From a virus: 64,000 nucleotides of DNA. The first letter of the stretch is position 1, and each line of letters begins with the position of its first letter. Below are positions 9,955 through 19,324 of the stretch, piece after piece. Both the position numbers and the translations under genes were made by a program. The DNA lies in the IMG/VR virus record IMGVR_UViG_3300025099_003636, positions 1 to 64,000 of that record. One strand, given 5' to 3'. Below the pieces are notes generated by a model. That model did no database searches. It was not told where the DNA came from and saw nothing but the letters and a program-made list of their open reading frames with translations.

Positions 9955-10851
9955 ATGAAAATACCAGATTATTCAGATGTGTGGGAAAATTTTATAAAAG
10001 ATAATTATTTTCCAACAAGCCTAAGAAATCCAAGAACTTTAGATTTTAAAGAATTTAAAGATATGGTTTACAATAAACCGGAAAAAACAAAACAATTAAT
10101 TTTAGATATGTTATCCGGTGATGTACTAGTTTTAAAAAATGCGTTAAGTAGAGAAGAAGCCATCAAAATAAAAAAAGAATTATATGATTATGGTAATGAT
10201 ACACCAGAACAAGATTTAAGAGAAGATAGTAAAATACCAAATTATCACATAAAAAATCAATTAAGGTATAAAATTAAAGATGGTTATAATGAATTAGCTC
10301 ATTCATATTATTTTTATCGTTGGAATGAAGATACACTTAAATTATTTAGTCGTATTGATGAGGTGTGGGACACTGTTAAAATTTTTAATGGTTTAGACAT
10401 TAACGAATATAAAAATAATCTTCCTGAAGATAAAATAATAGATAGGGTACAAGTACTTCATTATCCACTAAATAGTGGAGAAATAACATGTCATTGTGAT
10501 AAAGCGAGATGGCAAAAAACAAATATAGGTTTTAATCTAACTGAGATTGGTGAGGATTATGATGTGGGTGGTGCGTATTTTTTAAACTCTGATGATGATG
10601 AAGTTCATATGGAACCTTATATAGAAATTGGAGATGCTCCTATATTTCTACCTAGCATATTTCATGGTGTTAGAACCCCTAAATCTGATAATCACGATAT
10701 TGATTGGGGTGCATCAAGAGGTAGGTGGTTATTATTGGCTCAAACAGTACAATCACAATGTTTAGAGAATAGAGAAAAATCTGTGAGTTTAGAAAATTAC
10801 AAAAAAGACCCTACAAAAATTTTAGAAAATTTTAAAAAAGATTATAAATAA
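9955..10851 (+). CDS. Putative 2OG-Fe(II) oxygenase
   Basis: HYP..GEITCHCD (HxD), GG..F, FHGV, R. Confidence 0.65.
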   Translation: MKIPDYSDVWENFIKDNYFPTSLRNPRTLDFKEFKDMVYNKPEKTKQLILDMLSGDVLVLKNALSREEAIKIKKELYDYGNDTPEQDLREDSKIPNYHIKNQLRYKIKDGYNELAHSYYFYRWNEDTLKLFSRIDEVWDTVKIFNGLDINEYKNNLPEDKIIDRVQVLHYPLNSGEITCHCDKARWQKTNIGFNLTEIGEDYDVGGAYFLNSDDDEVHMEPYIEIGDAPIFLPSIFHGVRTPKSDNHDIDWGASRGRWLLLAQTVQSQCLENREKSVSLENYKKDPTKILENFKKDYK

Positions 10852-10852
10852 T

Positions 10853-11887
10853 ATGGATTATAAAGATAGTTTAACCATATTAGTACCTTTATGGGGGAGA
10901 TTTCCTGAAACACTTAGAATGCTTAAACATATGTCAGATGTTAAAATGCCTTTTAAAATTTTACTTGCTGATGGTGGTGGGAATGACCATAAAGAAAAAT
11001 TTAATAAAAAAAATTACCCTGATTTAAATTTAGAATATATTTCTTTTGGTCGTGATAATAATATTCATGATTTTATGGTTAAAATGAATAAATCCTGCCA
11101 AAAAATAGATACACCATTAACTATTATGGTAGATAATGATGATTTATTGTCTGTAGATGGGTTAATAAAAGGAATTAAATTTTTAAATAATAACCACGAC
11201 TACACCAGCTATAGAGGTGATGTACATTGTGTTTTCGGTGAAAAATCTATATACAAACAACCAACTAGAAGCGCTTCAACAGCTTTAGATAGATTTATAT
11301 TTCCTAAAGATGGGATAAACTCAGGTTGGCATGATATTGTTAGGACCTATACCCTCAAAACTTTTTTTGAAATTATGGATAACACTAAAACTAATGACTT
11401 ACAGTTAGTTTTTTCTATTAATAGGTATTGGCATACATTATATGGTAAATCCTACAAAGATAATACTAGTCCTTTTTATTATCACATAGCTGGTAATAGT
11501 TTAGTTTGGGATAAGGGTCTTTATTCACCAACCAGAAAATGGTTTGTTGATGGGGCTTTTGTAGACTCTATGGGTATTAATATTAGTATGGTTTACAATT
11601 TATTAAATAAGAAAAATGAATTGTCTGGTTTAGATGGTAGAGTTATCATAGCTAAAAGAATTTTGAGTCATTTGGCTGAATTAAATGGTATAGAATCAAA
11701 GGATTTTAATATTGTAGATAAAAAAATTGTCGAGTCCCTTGTGTCTTCGTATAATTATGATGAATTAGTTTTATCAACACTAGATAAACCAAATAAAAAT
11801 ACTACCTTTGTATTAAGTGGAACATTACCAGAAATTTCATTAGATTATGGTAGAGATAAAATAAAAATATTAGAACTATTAGGGTGA
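10853..11887 (+). CDS. GT2-like glycosyltransferase (TIGR00180-like)
   Basis: LTILVP..GR, ILLADGG, VDNDD. Confidence 0.65.
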   Translation: MDYKDSLTILVPLWGRFPETLRMLKHMSDVKMPFKILLADGGGNDHKEKFNKKNYPDLNLEYISFGRDNNIHDFMVKMNKSCQKIDTPLTIMVDNDDLLSVDGLIKGIKFLNNNHDYTSYRGDVHCVFGEKSIYKQPTRSASTALDRFIFPKDGINSGWHDIVRTYTLKTFFEIMDNTKTNDLQLVFSINRYWHTLYGKSYKDNTSPFYYHIAGNSLVWDKGLYSPTRKWFVDGAFVDSMGINISMVYNLLNKKNELSGLDGRVIIAKRILSHLAELNGIESKDFNIVDKKIVESLVSSYNYDELVLSTLDKPNKNTTFVLSGTLPEISLDYGRDKIKILELLG

Positions 11888-12831
11888 TAAATTTATTTAA
11901 TATAGAAAATTATAATATAGATACCTCAAAATTTAGTCACTATTTACATGGCTCAATAGTTAGTGAATTTGAGTCTAACTTTTGTGAGTATGTTGGGGCA
12001 AAATATGCGTGTTCTGTTAATAGTGCTACGAACGCAATATTTTTAGCTTTATTAAATAAAAATCAACACGTAATAGTTCCTAGTATGATACCCCCAGTAG
12101 TGTGTAATGCTATATTAACTTCTGGAAATAAGTTAGATTTTAATGATAATACTGATTGGGTCGGTGATTCTTACATTCTTCATGAATTTGATGATTACAA
12201 GATTATTGATTCTGCACAAAAAGTAGATTGTAATCAATTTAAAAACGAAGCAAATGACGAAGATTTAATGATATTTAGTTTTTACCCTACTAAACCTATA
12301 GGTAGTTCTGATGGGGGTATAATTGTATCAAATGATTATGATAAGATACGGTGGTTTAAAGAAGCTACTATGAATGGTATGACATATGCACATAATAACT
12401 GGGATAGGACTATCAAATTTCCAGGTTATAAAATGTACATGAATTCTATTCAATGTCATATAGCAAATGAAAATTTAAAATTATTGGATTTTAAAAAAAT
12501 GAAACTTAGTTCTATTAGAAAAAAATATAATAAGGCTTTTGGTTATGATAATACTTCTGACCATTTATATAGGATTGAGGTGGATAATCGTGATGAGTTT
12601 ATTGATAACATGAAATCTAGTGGTATTATTTGTGGTGTACACTATGACGCTTTACACGAGGTAAAAGCCTACCGTGAATCTACTAGTAGGCCGTATAATG
12701 TTACAGATAAAATATGTAAAAATACTTCAACTGTAGCTAAAAAAACAGTTAGTATACCTTTTCATGAAAAATTAGATTATGATGATAGTGTGAATTACAT
12801 TATAGAAAAGGTAAATAGATATAGGAAATGA
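11884..12831 (+). CDS. DegT/DnrJ/EryC1/StrS PLP sugar aminotransferase
   Basis: VNSATNA, IDSAQ, FSFYPTKPIGSSDGG, GVHY. Confidence 0.88.
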   Translation: MINLFNIENYNIDTSKFSHYLHGSIVSEFESNFCEYVGAKYACSVNSATNAIFLALLNKNQHVIVPSMIPPVVCNAILTSGNKLDFNDNTDWVGDSYILHEFDDYKIIDSAQKVDCNQFKNEANDEDLMIFSFYPTKPIGSSDGGIIVSNDYDKIRWFKEATMNGMTYAHNNWDRTIKFPGYKMYMNSIQCHIANENLKLLDFKKMKLSSIRKKYNKAFGYDNTSDHLYRIEVDNRDEFIDNMKSSGIICGVHYDALHEVKAYRESTSRPYNVTDKICKNTSTVAKKTVSIPFHEKLDYDDSVNYIIEKVNRYRK

Positions 12832-13802
12832 AAACAGCTTTAATTACGGGAATTAACGGGCAAGATGGCTCTTATTTAGCTGAATTACTACTAGATAAAG
12901 GGTATGAGGTTTGGGGTATACTAAAGCGTAATTCTGTTTCTGAAAATCAAACAGCTAGAATTCCTGACAACGTATTTAAAAGATTAAACTTGGTTTATGG
13001 TGACTTACTAGATATGTCATCTTTATTACAAGTCTTACAAAAATCTAATCCTGATGAGGTATATAATTTAGCTGCTCAGTCTCATGTTAGAATTAGTTTT
13101 GACCAACCGGTTTACACGTCACAAGTTACTGGGTTAGGAACTCTTAACCTATTAGAAGCTATTAGATTAACCAACCAAAACATAAAAGTTTATCAAGCAA
13201 GTAGTTCAGAGATGTTTGGAAATAATGTAGATAGTGATGGTTACCAGAGAGAAACCACATCTATGAATCCAGTGTCCCCGTATGGGTGTGCAAAAGTATT
13301 TTCCTACAACATATGTAGAAATTATAGAAATTCTTATGGTATGTTTATTTCTAATGGCATATTATTTAATCACGAATCTCCTAGAAGAGGTACTAATTTT
13401 GTTACCAATAAAGTGGCAAAAGAAGCTGTTAAAATAAAATTAGGTTTATCGAATGAATTAAAACTTGGTAATTTAAATGCTAGTAGGGATTGGGGTCATG
13501 CAAAAGACTATGTTGAGGCTATGTGGTTAATTTTACAACATAACAAATCTGATGATTTTGTATGTTCTACAGGTGTATCACATACAGTTAAGGATTTAGT
13601 AGAGTACGTATTTCAATCCTTGGAGTTGGACTGGAAAGATTATGTCGTTCAAGATAAAAAATATTTAAGACCTGAGGAACTTGAGCATCTTAAAGGTGAC
13701 TGTTCAAAAATAAAAACTGAATTAGGTTGGTCACATAATTATAATTTTCAGTCTATGATGGATGAAATGATTGAGTATTGGTTAGAATATTATGAACAAT
13801 AA
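12828..13802 (+). CDS. gmd: GDP-mannose 4,6-dehydratase
   Basis: ITGINGQDGSYLAE, NLAAQSHV, YQASSSEMFG, NHESPRRG, RDWGHAKDYV. Confidence 0.97.
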   Translation: MKTALITGINGQDGSYLAELLLDKGYEVWGILKRNSVSENQTARIPDNVFKRLNLVYGDLLDMSSLLQVLQKSNPDEVYNLAAQSHVRISFDQPVYTSQVTGLGTLNLLEAIRLTNQNIKVYQASSSEMFGNNVDSDGYQRETTSMNPVSPYGCAKVFSYNICRNYRNSYGMFISNGILFNHESPRRGTNFVTNKVAKEAVKIKLGLSNELKLGNLNASRDWGHAKDYVEAMWLILQHNKSDDFVCSTGVSHTVKDLVEYVFQSLELDWKDYVVQDKKYLRPEELEHLKGDCSKIKTELGWSHNYNFQSMMDEMIEYWLEYYEQ

Positions 13803-14706
13803 ACCTAAAACTTTAATTACTGGGGGTAGTGGTTTAGTTGGGTCCGCTATTGGTGGTGTGAAAATGAAAGTTAGTAGTAACTTTGATTTACGAAATTCGA
13901 CTATTACTGATAAATTATTTAAAGATATTGAGCCTAAAAATGTTATTCATTGTGCGGCTAAAGTAGGTGGATTAGGAGGGAACATGAATATGAAAGGTGA
14001 ATTTTTTTATGATAACATAATGATTAATACAAATGTTATAGAATCTTGTAGAAAATACAACATAGAAAAACTAGTGTGTTTTTTATCTACTTGTGTATTT
14101 CCCGACAATGTCGAATACCCATTAACTGAAAAAAAGATTCATTTGGGTGAACCCCACCATTCTAATTATCCGTATGCTTACGCTAAAAGAATGGCGGAAA
14201 TACAAATTAGAGCTTATAGAGAACAATATGACTTAAATTACGTATGTGTTATTCCAACTAATATATATGGACCAAATGACAATTTTAATTTAGATAATGG
14301 GCATGTTATACCTTCACTTATCCATAAATGTTATTTAGCAAAACAAAGTAACAAACCATTTAACGTTTGGGGTAGTGGGAAACCTTTAAGAGAATTTATA
14401 TATTCTAAAGATGTTGCTAAATTAACTGAGTGGGTATTAGATAATTATGATGAAAAAGAACCTATAATTTTATCTACCTCAGAAGAAGTTTCAATTAAGG
14501 AAGTGGTTAATATGATTGTAAAACATATGTCTTTCGAAGGGGATGTTATATGGGAAGATGATAAACCAGATGGTCAATTTAGAAAACCTAGTGACAATAG
14601 TAAATTATTATCTTATTTACCAGATTTTAAATTTACTAGTTTAGATGATGGTCTAAAAGAAACTATAGAGTGGTTTGTTGATAATTATGAAAGCTGTAGA
14701 AAATAA
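13792..14706 (+). CDS. fcl: GDP-L-fucose synthase
   Basis: TGGSGLVG, AAKVGG, LSTCVFP, YAYAKR, PTNIYGP.DNF, HVIP, WGSGKPLREF. Confidence 0.95.
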   Translation: MNNKPKTLITGGSGLVGSAIGGVKMKVSSNFDLRNSTITDKLFKDIEPKNVIHCAAKVGGLGGNMNMKGEFFYDNIMINTNVIESCRKYNIEKLVCFLSTCVFPDNVEYPLTEKKIHLGEPHHSNYPYAYAKRMAEIQIRAYREQYDLNYVCVIPTNIYGPNDNFNLDNGHVIPSLIHKCYLAKQSNKPFNVWGSGKPLREFIYSKDVAKLTEWVLDNYDEKEPIILSTSEEVSIKEVVNMIVKHMSFEGDVIWEDDKPDGQFRKPSDNSKLLSYLPDFKFTSLDDGLKETIEWFVDNYESCRK

Positions 14707-14724
14707 AGATTTTAAATATTAATA

Positions 14725-15468
14725 ATGGGAAGAAGAAGTAAAAAATTAAGTAGGGAAGAACAAATGGAGGTAGAAGAATGGATTTACCAAAATAATACCG
14801 AAGAAAAAAGACTTTCGGACACTATGACTATTAGTGTTAAGTGTAAAACTGAAAATCAAAAAGCCCTAGTCAATGCTATAAAAGAAAAAGAAGTTGTTAT
14901 TTGTTCTGGTCCGGCTGGTACAGGTAAAACTTATTTAGCGTGTGCGGAAGCACTAAAACTAATCAAACGTTATGCTAAATATAAAAAAATTGTAATTGTA
15001 AAATCTGTAACCACATTAAAGAATGAGGAAATTGGGTTTCTTAAAGGTGGTTTAAGAGAAAAAATGGAACCCTTTATGTTTTCATTTGTACATAATTTTG
15101 AGAAGTTGGTGGGACAAACTATCACCTCTAGACTTAGGGAATTAAAAACTATAGAAGAATTACCTATTGCTTATATGAGAGGTATTAATTTAGATAGGTC
15201 TATTATTATTATTGATGAAGCTCAAAATATATCACAAGAAAATATAAGGACTATTATGACAAGATTAGGTAAAGATTCAAAAATGATATTCTTAGGTGAT
15301 GAGAGACAACAAGATTCTAAAGGTGGTAATGGTTTAACCTTTTTAATGGACCATTTTCAACATATCGAAGAAATTGGGTGTGTCCAATTTAATAAATCTG
15401 ACGTTGTTAGAAATCCTTTAATAGCAAAAATAGAAAGGGTTTTTGATTCTTTACAAAAGAATAAATAA
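14725..15468 (+). CDS. phoH: PhoH-like ATPase
   Basis: GPAGTGKT, AYMRG, IIDEAQN, TRLG, GD..Q.D, VRNPLI. Confidence 0.93.
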   Translation: MGRRSKKLSREEQMEVEEWIYQNNTEEKRLSDTMTISVKCKTENQKALVNAIKEKEVVICSGPAGTGKTYLACAEALKLIKRYAKYKKIVIVKSVTTLKNEEIGFLKGGLREKMEPFMFSFVHNFEKLVGQTITSRLRELKTIEELPIAYMRGINLDRSIIIIDEAQNISQENIRTIMTRLGKDSKMIFLGDERQQDSKGGNGLTFLMDHFQHIEEIGCVQFNKSDVVRNPLIAKIERVFDSLQKNK

Positions 15469-15483
15469 TAGTTAGTTTTGAGT

Positions 15484-16062
15484 ATGATAATTAGTGTTAC
15501 TATAAATGATGTTTTAAGAGATATTTTATCTAGGTTTGAGGATGTTTACAACAAATATCACGAAGAAGGGGTAAAATCTAGTGTTTTAACACCGGATTTA
15601 TTAGAGTACACACATTTTAAAACTTCTGATGAATTATATGAATTTATGTATGAAGAATCACCTATGGAAATATTTGGTCAGGCTAAGGAGGTAGCTAGTA
15701 ATGTTATGACTCACTTGAAGTCCTTGTATAAGGAGATGCCTAAAAACTATAAATTAAGAATTGTGGGGGATGATTTAGGTAGAGCTAAGTCTTCTACTTT
15801 GTGGTTTTTAGCTAAATATGGGTGTTCTTGTGATGAGATATCTTTTTACAATACAGAAACAGTAGAAGAAATGTGGGTAAAAACAGATTTATTTATAACT
15901 GCTGATGTTGACTTAATAGAGTCTAAACCGGAAAATAAAGAATTAATAATCGTAGATAAAGTTTACAATAAAGATTTAGTTTGTAATCTACGTATAAAAA
16001 CAATAAAAGAAATTGAGTCGTTTGAAAACATATATGGAGAACATAAGCAAATTGAGGCTTAG
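15484..16062 (+). CDS. HAD/5'-nucleotidase-like protein, degenerate motif I
   Basis: N-terminal ISVTINDVLRD resembles IGIDxDGVLRD of NT5C-like phage HADs. Confidence 0.45.
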   Translation: MIISVTINDVLRDILSRFEDVYNKYHEEGVKSSVLTPDLLEYTHFKTSDELYEFMYEESPMEIFGQAKEVASNVMTHLKSLYKEMPKNYKLRIVGDDLGRAKSSTLWFLAKYGCSCDEISFYNTETVEEMWVKTDLFITADVDLIESKPENKELIIVDKVYNKDLVCNLRIKTIKEIESFENIYGEHKQIEA

Positions 16063-16348
16063 AGTTGGTGACGAAGTTTTATACTATGATGTGGATGAAT
16101 TCATGTCTAATATAACTTACACACCAATAGAAAAGATGACCGGTGACACCTCAATAGAATATCAAAATACCGATATAATGTTGCCTAAGTTTGAATTTTT
16201 TAAGGTTATGATTGACACCACTTGTAATGTTATAGAGGATGTCGATGATAATCTGGGGGTATTGTCATTAAATAAGATGTCGGTATCCTATAAGTTGGCC
16301 TTAAACACTTTAATAAAATATAAAATAATTAAAAAAAACAATAAATAA
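16034..16348 (+). CDS. Hypothetical protein
   Basis: ORF in operon, translationally coupled to the next gene. Confidence 0.65.
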   Translation: MENISKLRLRVGDEVLYYDVDEFMSNITYTPIEKMTGDTSIEYQNTDIMLPKFEFFKVMIDTTCNVIEDVDDNLGVLSLNKMSVSYKLALNTLIKYKIIKKNNK

Positions 16349-17406
16349 TGGAACAATTACAACAATTAGAAAATGCCTTGACCAAGCTAAAGAATAAAGA
16401 GTCAAAAATCTATTTTTTAACACAAGATACCAATGGTAATGCTGCAGCATCAGTCAATACGAATTATCAATATGTTAAACATCTTAATGAAGCTGGGTAT
16501 AACGCTTACATATTACATGAAAAAAGTGACTATAAAGGTGTTAGTTCTTGGTTAGATGAAGAGTATGTGAATTTACCTCACGCAAATATAGAGGGTGGTG
16601 AATTAAAAGTAGGTCCACAAGATTTTGTGGTTATACCTGAAATCTTTGGTCATGTGTTAGAACAATTAATGAACATGCCTTGTACGAAAATAATTTTATC
16701 ACAATGTTATGACTACACACTAGAAACTCTAAATCCTGGTTTTGGTTGGGCTAACTATAATGTAACTAAATGCATAACAACAAGTGAGACTCAGGCTGAA
16801 TACCTTAAAAAGTTATTCCCTTCTGTTGAGTATAGTGTGATTACACCAACTATTCCAGAATATTTTAAAGACTCTGAAAAACCTAAACGACCTGTTATAG
16901 GTGTCCATACTAGGGACCAACGAGAAACAATGAAACTAATTAAAGGATTTTATTTAGCACACCCACAATTTAAATGGGTAACCTTTAAAGATTTAAGGGG
17001 ATTATCTAGAAAAGATTTTGCTGTGGCTTTAAGTGAATGTTGTGTTAGTGTGTGGGTAGATAGAATTAGTAGTTATGGTACCTTCCCTCTTGAGTCTATG
17101 ATGTGTAAAACCCCTGTTATTGGTGTACTCCCTATGATGAAACCAGAGTGGTTAACCAATGATAATGGTATTTGGGCTTTTGATGAGTCTAAGTTGATTG
17201 AGGTGTTAAGTACTTATATGAAAAACTGGTTGGAGGATTCTCTCCCTAATACCTTATATGAAAAAATGGAAGAAACAGTTAAATCATTACCTAAAAATTC
17301 TGAACGTGATGGGATTGTTAGTTACTTTGATAAATTACTTGCTGATAAAGCAGTTGAGTTGGAGACTTCCCTAAATAAAGTTAAACCTGTAGAGGCAAAT
17401 ATTTAA
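16348..17406 (+). CDS. GT-B (GT4-like) glycosyltransferase
   Basis: VVIPEI, SYGTFPLESMMCKTPVIG (E-x-M-x-C-x-x-PVIG GT4 signature). Confidence 0.7.
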   Translation: MEQLQQLENALTKLKNKESKIYFLTQDTNGNAAASVNTNYQYVKHLNEAGYNAYILHEKSDYKGVSSWLDEEYVNLPHANIEGGELKVGPQDFVVIPEIFGHVLEQLMNMPCTKIILSQCYDYTLETLNPGFGWANYNVTKCITTSETQAEYLKKLFPSVEYSVITPTIPEYFKDSEKPKRPVIGVHTRDQRETMKLIKGFYLAHPQFKWVTFKDLRGLSRKDFAVALSECCVSVWVDRISSYGTFPLESMMCKTPVIGVLPMMKPEWLTNDNGIWAFDESKLIEVLSTYMKNWLEDSLPNTLYEKMEETVKSLPKNSERDGIVSYFDKLLADKAVELETSLNKVKPVEANI

Positions 17407-17410
17407 TATT

Positions 17411-18208
17411 ATGAAAAATGAAAATGTAAGTGTAATTTTACCAGTACATGACGTATCTGGTGATTTTGATATGTGGTTCAAAAAAGCCATAAGAAGTGTA
17501 GAACAATCTGTAGTTAAACCAACTACTTTACTTGTTGTTTGTGCGGATAATAAAGATGTTAAAAGTTATATGGAATCTTGGGAAAGGCCAACAGATTTAG
17601 ATGTATCTATAATTTATAATACTGATAAGACTGATTATTGTGGTCAAGTAAATTATGGTGTAGAGAATTGTGAGACTGAATATTTTTCTATTTTAGAGTT
17701 TGACGACGAGTATTCTAATATTTGGTTTAAAAACTTTCAAGAATATGTTAATCATTATCCTGATGTTGATATTTTCCTTCCTTTGGTAGTTGATACTGAC
17801 CAACAAGGGCAGTTTTTAGGGTTTACAAATGAAGCTTTATGGGCTATGGGATTCTCTGAAGAACAAGGATATCTTGATAATAATACGTTATTAAGATTCC
17901 AAAATTTTCAAGTTAGTGGGTTTATTATGAGAAAAGAAAAGTTCGATGAGATTGGTGGTATGAAACCTTCTATGAAATTAACGTTTAACTACGAATTTTT
18001 ACTTAGAGCAACATATAATGACACCACTATAATGACCATCCCTAAAGTAGGTTATAAACATACTAATCAAAGGGACAACTCTTTATTTTGGGGGTATAAA
18101 AACTCACAGGATTCCCTTTTGAGTCCTGAGGAAGCTAAATTTTGGGTGGATACAGCTAAAAAAGAATATTTCTTTACCACCGATAGAGAGGTTTCTTTTA
18201 ACTCATAA
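17411..18208 (+). CDS. GT2 family glycosyltransferase
   Basis: VSVILPVH, NYGV, ILEFDD, FDEIGG. Confidence 0.78.
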   Translation: MKNENVSVILPVHDVSGDFDMWFKKAIRSVEQSVVKPTTLLVVCADNKDVKSYMESWERPTDLDVSIIYNTDKTDYCGQVNYGVENCETEYFSILEFDDEYSNIWFKNFQEYVNHYPDVDIFLPLVVDTDQQGQFLGFTNEALWAMGFSEEQGYLDNNTLLRFQNFQVSGFIMRKEKFDEIGGMKPSMKLTFNYEFLLRATYNDTTIMTIPKVGYKHTNQRDNSLFWGYKNSQDSLLSPEEAKFWVDTAKKEYFFTTDREVSFNS

Positions 18209-18214
18209 AGTATA

Positions 18215-18916
18215 ATGGGACGAAAACCTTTAACTAAACAATATTTTGGACCACCTCAAGAGCAAGCTGTTAGAATATTTTTAACAGCTACTACTTGGGA
18301 TGAAAAGAATATGGTTTATAATGAATTCCTTAGGGACCCACTTATTAAAATGATAGATAGTATTATACGTAGGTATAAACTCTATAGACCTAATATGGAA
18401 TTTAGTGATATACACACCGATACACTATCCTTTTTGGTGACTAAAATGGAAAAATTTAAACCGGCTAAAGGAAAAAAAGCTTATTCTTATTTTGGTACTA
18501 TTTGTAAAAATTATTTGATGGGTCAAATAATGAAAGATAATCGAGATAAAAATAGAAAAATATCATATGAAGATATATCCTATAGTTTAGAACAAAAAGA
18601 AGAATATTCATACACAATTTTTGACGGTGACCTTGAGATAGATACGGTTATGAAAGCTTTAATAAGGGAATTGAAGACTTTTACTACTGAAAATAGATTA
18701 AATGTTAATGAAGAAAAAATAGGTTATTGTTTAATTGATGTTTTTGAGAATTATGAGACCATTTTTATTGCCGGAAAAGGAAATAAGTTTAACAAGAACA
18801 TAATACTTTACCAATTAAGAGAAATGAGCGGTTTAACTACTAAAGAGATTCGTTCCGCTCTAAAACCATTTAAAGCTTTATATAAAGAAATAGTTGAGAA
18901 GTTGGTGAACATATAA
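18215..18916 (+). CDS. Phage sigma factor, T4 gp55-like (late transcription)
   Basis: KFKPAKGKKAYSYFGTICKNYL resembles the sigma region 2 motif of gp55 (FDP....AFAYFT.I..NAF); lies just before structural genes. Confidence 0.65.
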   Translation: MGRKPLTKQYFGPPQEQAVRIFLTATTWDEKNMVYNEFLRDPLIKMIDSIIRRYKLYRPNMEFSDIHTDTLSFLVTKMEKFKPAKGKKAYSYFGTICKNYLMGQIMKDNRDKNRKISYEDISYSLEQKEEYSYTIFDGDLEIDTVMKALIRELKTFTTENRLNVNEEKIGYCLIDVFENYETIFIAGKGNKFNKNIILYQLREMSGLTTKEIRSALKPFKALYKEIVEKLVNI

Positions 18917-18929
18917 ATAGATAATTAGA

Positions 18930-18936
18930 TATTTAT
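18930..18936 (+). promoter_or_regulatory. Putative late promoter TATTTAT (representative of about 16 copies)
   Basis: Same motif in sense orientation shortly upstream of many structural gene starts (see findings). Confidence 0.65.
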
Positions 18937-18940
18937 TATT

Positions 18941-19324
18941 ATGCCAAGACCTAAAAGAAAACAAATAAATTTAACCAACGAAAGTGCTTTAAGTTTAATG
19001 CAAGAAATTTATAATGAATGTGTTGAGCAACGTAGTACCGCGATACGTATTCAAAATAAGATGATTGGGTTTATGAAAGAAGCTGGTGATATGGCTTTGA
19101 TTGGACCCGTATTAAAAGAACAACAAAAGATTATAGATTCTGCTATAGACAAAAAATTACAATTATCTAAACTAATGGCAACTATTATGAGTAAGAATAA
19201 TGAAGGTAAAAATATAAATTCTGTTCTTGATGGTGATGTTAGAGAAACTCTAACTGAATTACTTAGTGATATAAATAAAGACACTAAGAATGATGGCGAT
19301 AATAGTTTAGAATATAAAATGTAA
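18941..19324 (+). CDS. Hypothetical coiled-coil late protein
   Basis: ORF behind a TATTTAT motif. Confidence 0.75.
   Translation: MPRPKRKQINLTNESALSLMQEIYNECVEQRSTAIRIQNKMIGFMKEAGDMALIGPVLKEQQKIIDSAIDKKLQLSKLMATIMSKNNEGKNINSVLDGDVRETLTELLSDINKDTKNDGDNSLEYKM

Noticed and set aside
1-18208. Bacterial chromosomal LPS/capsule locus, or a host-phage chimera
   Set aside because: It runs without a break into PhoH, the sigma gene and structural genes with the same composition and apparent GATC avoidance; there is no wzx, wzy or ABC exporter, integrase or att-like junction
18912-18919. Canonical T4 late promoter TATAAATA on the sense strand
   Set aside because: Occasional sense copies exist (about 18912 and 49268), but before the head genes the 8-mer consistently reads TATTTATA on the sense strand; isolated copies are expected in AT-rich DNA
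18941-19324. Terminase small subunit
   Set aside because: Size and coiled coil fit, but there is no recognisable motif and it lies far from terL; left as hypothetical
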